Source: Verrucomicrobiota bacterium (GTDB lineage Bacteria > Chlamydiota > Chlamydiia > Chlamydiales > JAAKFR01). Taken from it: a DNA stretch of 64,000 nt. Position numbers and translations under genes: made by a program. Below the pieces are notes generated by a model. That model was not told the DNA's origin. It saw nothing but the letters and a program-made list of their open reading frames with translations, and did not search any database. The stretch covers positions 9,947-73,946 of the forward strand of contig JAFEGP010000031.1 of assembly GCA_018239815.1 (NCBI GenBank). The letters run 5' to 3'. Of the stretch, positions 58,441 to 64,000 are shown in pieces (within the stretch, counting starts at the first letter, position 1; every line of letters starts with the position of its first letter).

Positions 58441-58988
58441 TGCGTATTATTGCTGGAAAATTTAAAAACCGTGTCCTAGAAGTCCCTAAAGAGGTTACTC
58501 GTCCCACCTTAGGAGTGTTGCGAGAAGCTATCTTTAACATTTGCCAAGGGGATATTGAAAATGCTTGTGTGCTAGATTTATTCGCAGGCTCAGGAGCGAT
58601 CGGATTAGAGGCTTTAAGCCGAGGAGCACGCCATGTGATCTTTGTTGAGAATAATCGGCAAGCTCTCAAAATTCTACACAAAAATATCGCCTCATTTGCT
58701 GTAGAAAACTCCTGTACCATCTATCCTTATGATGTACAACGAGCCCTTATCCAACTGCAAACTAAAGAAGAAAAATTCGATCTTATTTATATCGACCCTC
58801 CTTATGGGAAACAGTTGGCAGAAAAAACGCTCTTACAGCTCGACTCCCTATCCCTTTTAAAACCACATGGTATAATTTTTGTAGAAGAAGACTCCTCCAT
58901 GAGTCCTGATCTCAAAAGTCTCTGTTTAAAAAGTACACGCAAGATCAGTCGTAGCGTTCTACAACAATATGTTCTTAAACATTATTGA
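58440..58988 (+). CDS. rsmD: 16S rRNA (guanine966-N2)-methyltransferase RsmD
   Basis: MRIIAGKFKNRVLEVP..TRPT, SAM motif LDLFAGSGAIGLEALSRGA and the catalytic YIDPPY. Confidence 0.88.
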   Translation: MRIIAGKFKNRVLEVPKEVTRPTLGVLREAIFNICQGDIENACVLDLFAGSGAIGLEALSRGARHVIFVENNRQALKILHKNIASFAVENSCTIYPYDVQRALIQLQTKEEKFDLIYIDPPYGKQLAEKTLLQLDSLSLLKPHGIIFVEEDSSMSPDLKSLCLKSTRKISRSVLQQYVLKHY

Positions 58989-61471
58989 ATCTGCTGTCCT
59001 TGAGGACTAAATGTCTTTTTCTCTCCTATAAGCTGGTCTTGGTTATAGCGAGCTAAGATGCGGGGAGAACCATCATCATAATATTTGTTGAATTTACCAT
59101 GTTTAAGATCATGATGATATTCAGCTTCAAAAACTAAAACCCCATCCTGATTCCATTCCTGGCTTAATCCCTCTAAATGATCTTCATGATACTGATGAAC
59201 AGCAGCCACTTTGCCATTTTCATGGTAAACACGCATAGGGCCCTCTTTCAAGTCGTGAACAAAGGCCATCTCTCTATGAATCTTTCCATCAGGATAGTAA
59301 CTAATTCCCTTGCCTTCTCGTTGATCGGAGTGAAATTCCAGCGTCATCATCATCATGCCATTAGGTGCATAGAGAGTAGCCAACCCTTCCCTTTGCCCAT
59401 TTTTGTAAAAGGTACTGGCTACCTTTACTCCCGCAGGATCGTATTCTATGACTTCCCCTTCTAAAAGGTCTCTGACAAAATTAGCTTGCAACTTCTGAAT
59501 GCGCTCTGCCTTTTCATTTTCAGGATAAAAAATTTGATGTTCACCTTCTTTTGCATCCTGAGCATAGTGGAAAACCACTTCCTCTCCACTGGGCAATATT
59601 TGAAAATAGCGTCCTTGAAGCAATCCTGAATCATAATTAGCTTCTTCCATCAGTTTGCCGCTTTCATCGTATTGCGCTTTTTTCCCATGTAATTTACCGT
59701 CCCTATAATTGACAATAACAGCCAACTGCCCATTGGGATGAAAAGACTGTTGTGTCCCTTGGAGATATCCATTTTCATAGTGACATACACGGTAGAGCTG
59801 CGTAGCAAGACCGGCATTTTCACGGGGATAATATTCTCTGTGTTCTCCAACAGGAATACCTTCTTTGTATTCCATTAATGATTGAATTGTTCCATCAACA
59901 TGCCAGCTTGTCATCTGACCATCTAATAAATCCTGTTTAAAATTAGCGACGGCTAGCTTGGCTCCAGTGTCATAAAATTTTTCTTCCAAGCCTTCTCTTT
60001 TACCTTGCGTAAAGTGAGAAACCTGACTTAATTGACCATTTTTATGACGTATTTTCAATGTCCCGTGAGGAAGGCCTCGTTGATAATTTCCTTCAAATGT
60101 TAAAATTCCGTTTTCATTCCACTCATGATGAGCCCCATTTTTCTCACCTAAGGCAAATTCGGCTTCTAACTTCACTTTCCCGTTCGCATGCCATTCTCTT
60201 ACTTTACCCGTTACATTCCCTGCTACAAAATGCTTAACAGTCTTTTTTTGACCATTTTCATACCATTCTTCAAAAAGCCCATCCCATTTTTTATTACGAA
60301 AATGTGCTTTGAGTTGAGGTTTACCATTAGCGTAAAATTCTTTTTGTTCACCATCCAGATCGCCATCTAGATAGACATAACTATTCTTTAAAGTCCCGTT
60401 TTCATACCATTCTTCATAAGCACCTTGGTAGACTCCATTGTCTTGCATATACCGAGTTTGGAGCTGCCCTGAATCATAATATGTACAAATAGGCTCTAGT
60501 AAATGCCCTTCTTGATTATACAAAGAGCGTATCTGTATTTTTCCGTTAGGATATTTACGAAGATGCTCCCCAACGGGTTTGCCTTTTAAAAATTTCCCAC
60601 TCCCCGCTATAGATCCATCCTCATGAAAAAACTGCTCCTCTCCCTCTTTTTCACCATTTACATAGCTGATACGATAAGCAACTTTCCCTTGAGCCGTATA
60701 TTTGACATGCAACCCAACCGGGACTCCATAACGAAAATCCTGAATCTCTATCACAGTTTGATCCGGAGCAAAACACATCACAGCAGGCTGTTTGTCAGAA
60801 CCGTGCAACACGCCATCCACATAAAAACGTGTTGATTTAAGCTCACCATCTGCTTCGCTTTTGCAATACCATTCACATACTTTGCCACAAGGCAACCCAT
60901 TCACATAACGGGTTTGAGAAGCCTTAGAACCATCTGTGTGGTATGCGATCCACTCCCCAACCTGTCGGTCTTGTTCATAATGCCCCTCTAATTGCACTTT
61001 TCCATCTTCATAATATTTGATATAAGCACCGTGTTGATGACCCTTATCGTAATCTGAACGGCTTTCTAATTGCCTATTAGAATAGTAGGTCTCAACAGGA
61101 CCTTGTAAAAGACCCTGATCATATCTGGCAATGCGACTGATTGTACCATCGGGATAATAAGTGACTGACGCACCGTGTAACTGATTTTCATCAAGTAAAT
61201 CGCTTTCACACTTCACGCGACCTGAAGGATAAAATTCTAATAGCTTGACAGCTTGCATATCTGCTGTCTGCGTAGGCGCATAAAATACGACCTTTTCAGG
61301 ATTCCCATTAGCATAATTCTCTAAAACATGAGGCTTCCAATTGGGCTGTCTAACACGCAAGGAAAAGCTATCATCAGCAAAAACAAAAGCAAGATTTAAC
61401 AAGATAAAAACAGCAAAAATGTAGCGCAAACCTTTTCCTCCTATAAGAAGAAAAAAGATTAGCAAAAGCAA
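58982..61471 (-). CDS. Large MORN-variant / YwqK-type repeat protein with an N-terminal signal/anchor
   Basis: 829 aa. After a hydrophobic N-terminus, almost the whole protein is a ~23-24-residue repeat of the form G.....(Y/W)(Y/H).(N/D)G.......(Y/F)..G..(H/E)G. Confidence 0.8.
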   Translation of the reverse strand: MLLLIFFLLIGGKGLRYIFAVFILLNLAFVFADDSFSLRVRQPNWKPHVLENYANGNPEKVVFYAPTQTADMQAVKLLEFYPSGRVKCESDLLDENQLHGASVTYYPDGTISRIARYDQGLLQGPVETYYSNRQLESRSDYDKGHQHGAYIKYYEDGKVQLEGHYEQDRQVGEWIAYHTDGSKASQTRYVNGLPCGKVCEWYCKSEADGELKSTRFYVDGVLHGSDKQPAVMCFAPDQTVIEIQDFRYGVPVGLHVKYTAQGKVAYRISYVNGEKEGEEQFFHEDGSIAGSGKFLKGKPVGEHLRKYPNGKIQIRSLYNQEGHLLEPICTYYDSGQLQTRYMQDNGVYQGAYEEWYENGTLKNSYVYLDGDLDGEQKEFYANGKPQLKAHFRNKKWDGLFEEWYENGQKKTVKHFVAGNVTGKVREWHANGKVKLEAEFALGEKNGAHHEWNENGILTFEGNYQRGLPHGTLKIRHKNGQLSQVSHFTQGKREGLEEKFYDTGAKLAVANFKQDLLDGQMTSWHVDGTIQSLMEYKEGIPVGEHREYYPRENAGLATQLYRVCHYENGYLQGTQQSFHPNGQLAVIVNYRDGKLHGKKAQYDESGKLMEEANYDSGLLQGRYFQILPSGEEVVFHYAQDAKEGEHQIFYPENEKAERIQKLQANFVRDLLEGEVIEYDPAGVKVASTFYKNGQREGLATLYAPNGMMMMTLEFHSDQREGKGISYYPDGKIHREMAFVHDLKEGPMRVYHENGKVAAVHQYHEDHLEGLSQEWNQDGVLVFEAEYHHDLKHGKFNKYYDDGSPRILARYNQDQLIGEKKTFSPQGQQIQ

Positions 61472-61488
61472 AGTATTCTCTCAATCTT

Positions 61489-62127
61489 TCAACGAGAAGC
61501 TGCGGACACAGATTTAGAAATCTCAATCCCAAATACTTGAAGTTTTGGAGTAAGCCTAGCTATTTGACTTTGAACCTGGGCGGAAGATCCGGTTTTTTGG
61601 AAGAAAAGATGAATCCGTTCTTTGGCTTGGTTCATCATTGTCGTAAACAAAGCACAACCACCTGTTGCTGCGCTATAACGCCCAATATCTTGGATGGCTG
61701 TGATGACCAATTGATCCTCTGCCGTATCCAAGCCCTTCTGCAAATTTTGCTCCGTCTGACTTATAAACTGCTGAACCCAAGGAAATTTTTTGGATGAAAT
61801 TTGATCCGAAAAACCTTCCGCTAGCTTTCGCATCTCTGGTAGATTTTGATAAAGATTAGCCAACATCTGACGACGCGTCAAATCAGAAAATGAACCGCTT
61901 TGTGCTAAATGATCCATTTCTTTGATAATTTTGCCTAAAAATTGATCGCAAAACTTTGTCACCAACCTGGGATCATTTTGAATCGCTTTAAAAATAAAAT
62001 GAATGCCTGAATGGTATTTATCTCCACTGACTTTTTTATCGGCTTCAATTAAGACATCCAGCGCGTGTTCCATAGGGTCAAGGTTAAACGCAGACCCTTC
62101 ATCCTTATGATGATTAGATTGACTCAT
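61489..62127 (-). CDS. Hypothetical helical protein (orphan), 17 nt upstream of the MORN-repeat gene
   Basis: 212 aa with no TM segment or signal peptide. No family recognised. Same strand as the MORN gene with a 17-nt gap, so probably co-transcribed. Confidence 0.55.
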   Translation of the reverse strand: MSQSNHHKDEGSAFNLDPMEHALDVLIEADKKVSGDKYHSGIHFIFKAIQNDPRLVTKFCDQFLGKIIKEMDHLAQSGSFSDLTRRQMLANLYQNLPEMRKLAEGFSDQISSKKFPWVQQFISQTEQNLQKGLDTAEDQLVITAIQDIGRYSAATGGCALFTTMMNQAKERIHLFFQKTGSSAQVQSQIARLTPKLQVFGIEISKSVSAASR

Positions 62128-62481
62128 ACATGACTCTCCAAAATAAAAAACGAAGAACTGATCCCCATCCCCACTCTTTGTGTTAATTTTACTAAATTTT
62201 TTTTTAATAAAAAACGAGAAAAACCATTTTTCTTATTAAAAAATAGGCAATTAATCTTCTAAAATCTTTAAAAATCCCTTAACTTTTCTTTCTTTATTTC
62301 TTTTCTCCATGGAGAAAGAAATCTAGACAGTATGTTAGGATAAATATTACACTCTTCTCAGTTGCAAAATCTCATTTTTACATAAGAAAAACGTTGAATA
62401 ACAACAACTTAAACAAAACATGAGCTTTGAAACAGTGAAAAGGATACGTTTACTCACTAAAAACTAGAGACTTAAGTTACA

Positions 62482-63426
62482 ATGTTTGAAAACAAAAAAG
62501 CTCACTACAATTTTTTATTTTTCTCAACTCCCGATGAAGCTCTTAACTTGTCATGGGAAACAACAAACTATCGCTCTTTCACACCTTCTCAACTTTTACA
62601 TTCCCTCCAAGGCATCTGCGCTTCTTTCACTTCTTTAGAGAATTTTGAGCAAATTGCTCAAAACTTCGATTCTCCGGAAGACATGGCAGAGGCCTTATGT
62701 CCTAAAAACGCGTCTAGCCCCGATTTTTTTTTTCTGCTTATTTTTGAATTATGGCGACATGTTGCACCAGAAAAACGCAGTGTATCAGTATTTTGCGATG
62801 AATTAGATCACCAGATTGCTAGCTATTACCGTGGTGGTGAAGAACAAGAAGAAGAAGTTCTAGATACGCTTGAATACCTCAAACAAATCCTGGATGACAA
62901 CGTCGACAGTGGAGTCCAAGCCACAGATATTTTGCCAGCTCTACAAGATGCTTGTTGTCATGATATCGAAGCATTTCTATACGATTATATTTTGGCTCAA
63001 ATTGAAGAAAAGCAATATGATTTAGCAGCTGAGCTTCTCGAGGGTTTTTATCCTTATCTTACCTATCCAGACTGGTTTGATTATCTGGCCATTCGTCTTG
63101 AAATGGCTCACAATCCTCAACATGGTCATCAACACCTACTGGCTCTTATTGAAAGGGTCGAGGATGTTCAACTGGCTTTGGAAATACTCGATTTTCTAGC
63201 TCAAACAGCAGATCCTCTTTTTAAAATCTTACTCCCCTACACTCTTGCTTTACTGAATACAGAAGGAGATTTGCTTGATCTACTGCAATGCTGTGCTTCC
63301 TACAGTGAAGATGCTTATTTTGATTCTCTTATCCAACAACAGAGCTTAAAAGACCCTGAAGCCCCACTTGCCGATCATAAATCTATTGAAAAGAAAATCA
63401 GAGAATTTTTTTCGGACAAAAATTGA
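62482..63426 (+). CDS. Hypothetical acidic helical protein (orphan)
   Basis: 314 aa, very acidic (runs of E/D), with no TM segment. No family recognised. Confidence 0.55.
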   Translation: MFENKKAHYNFLFFSTPDEALNLSWETTNYRSFTPSQLLHSLQGICASFTSLENFEQIAQNFDSPEDMAEALCPKNASSPDFFFLLIFELWRHVAPEKRSVSVFCDELDHQIASYYRGGEEQEEEVLDTLEYLKQILDDNVDSGVQATDILPALQDACCHDIEAFLYDYILAQIEEKQYDLAAELLEGFYPYLTYPDWFDYLAIRLEMAHNPQHGHQHLLALIERVEDVQLALEILDFLAQTADPLFKILLPYTLALLNTEGDLLDLLQCCASYSEDAYFDSLIQQQSLKDPEAPLADHKSIEKKIREFFSDKN

Positions 63427-64000
63427 GGTAGTCGCTCGCGGTCAGGTGATATTTCACTCCATCTTTTTGACCAAAATAATTTTGGGAATTATCCAAACCG
63501 TGTAAGTGGCCGAACACGCAATCTGTCACCCCATACTGTGTAAGCATACGTGATGCCCGAGAGGGGCGTAAATCGGATCCAAGTGGCGGGTAGTGTGTCA
63601 TCACTAATCTACGGTCTTGACGCATACTTTTTAAACTCATCTCCAAACGAGCCAGCTCTCGGTCATAAATTTTTTCCGCTTGGGGATCAACAGCAGCGAA
63701 AGTTTGATTAAAGCTATACTCCTGTGTATCCCATAACCGGGATCCGCCTATGCTAATATCTTTCCAATCAAACGAATCATTTTGAATAATATGTAAAGAT
63801 GGAGGCAAGGCGCGTTTTACCTTTGACACGGAATCCCACCAGTAATCATGATTCCCTCGAATAAGCACCTTAGTACCAGGAAGCTGATCAATCCATTGCA
63901 AATCCTTTTCAGCTTCTTCTAAACGCATTGCCCAAGAAATATCTCCAGCAATTAACACAAGGTCATCAACATGGACGCATTGCTGCCAATGAGTAGCCAT
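63398..64000 (-). CDS. Calcineurin-like metallophosphoesterase. Partial: the N-terminus probably lies beyond the window.
   Basis: GDISWA, GNHDYWW and GHLHG motifs. The first metal-binding motif (DxH) expected upstream is missing, so the ATG at 64000 is probably internal. Confidence 0.8.
   Translation of the reverse strand: MATHWQQCVHVDDLVLIAGDISWAMRLEEAEKDLQWIDQLPGTKVLIRGNHDYWWDSVSKVKRALPPSLHIIQNDSFDWKDISIGGSRLWDTQEYSFNQTFAAVDPQAEKIYDRELARLEMSLKSMRQDRRLVMTHYPPLGSDLRPSRASRMLTQYGVTDCVFGHLHGLDNSQNYFGQKDGVKYHLTASDYLNFCPKKIL

Noticed and set aside
58982-61471. A toxin-antitoxin system suggested by the YwqK 'antitoxin'-type repeats
   Set aside because: The protein is an 829-aa repeat array with a signal/anchor, not a small antitoxin. 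No toxin-like neighbour exists: the neighbours are rsmD and a helical orphan.
1-64000. CRISPR arrays, tandem repeats, rRNA, additional tRNAs, prophage or known defence-system genes
   Set aside because: Reading through all intergenic spacers longer than 80 nt showed no regularly spaced direct repeats. The only tRNA-like cloverleaf is at 45281-45364, and I saw no integrase, nuclease or helicase clusters. This was a visual scan, so short or degenerate repeats could have been missed.

Overview
This window looks like a chromosomal segment from a member of the Chlamydiota, probably an environmental, Parachlamydiaceae-like lineage. This is my inference from gene content and gene order; no search was run. 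About 70 protein genes are densely packed. Positions 2318-22104 form one uninterrupted minus-strand array. Read in transcription direction it is lnt, lpxC-fabZ-lpxA, fmt and an orphan membrane gene, then the fused ribosomal operons rplC through rplO (the S10-type operon lacks rpsJ itself), secY, rpsM-rpsK-rpoA-rplQ, gapA and a conserved hypothetical. As far as I recall, this is the same order as Chlamydia trachomatis CT534 down to CT504. The remaining genes are:
- rsmB-like methyltransferase
- a decayed IS630/ISY100-like transposase relic
- an orphan 334-aa gene
- dacC, rsbW, lptE-like and bamD-like genes
- dnaE and uhpC
- a roughly 5.6-kb lineage-specific block (DHA2 MFS transporter, Na+/solute symporter, AraC/GyrI regulator and two orphan membrane proteins)
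- hisS-aspS-mip-trmL, trxA and tRNA-Leu(CAG)
- a tsaE-engB-dnaQ-pdxS-pdxT operon
- an orphan OmpR-type response regulator
- a TPR / vWA gene array chained to rsmD
- a roughly 830-aa MORN/YwqK-repeat protein
- several orphans and a truncated metallophosphoesterase

I saw no CRISPR array, rRNA, prophage or recognisable defence system. The most interesting material is accessory and lineage-specific:
- the Bat-like TPR/vWA array, which includes an Inc-like TPR protein
- the regulator/transporter insertion between uhpC and hisS
- the IS relic, its neighbouring orphan gene and a long perfect hairpin
- the self-contained gene in the Cap1 (CT529) position
- several Inc-like membrane proteins

All functional calls come from reading the translations by eye, so they are family-level only.
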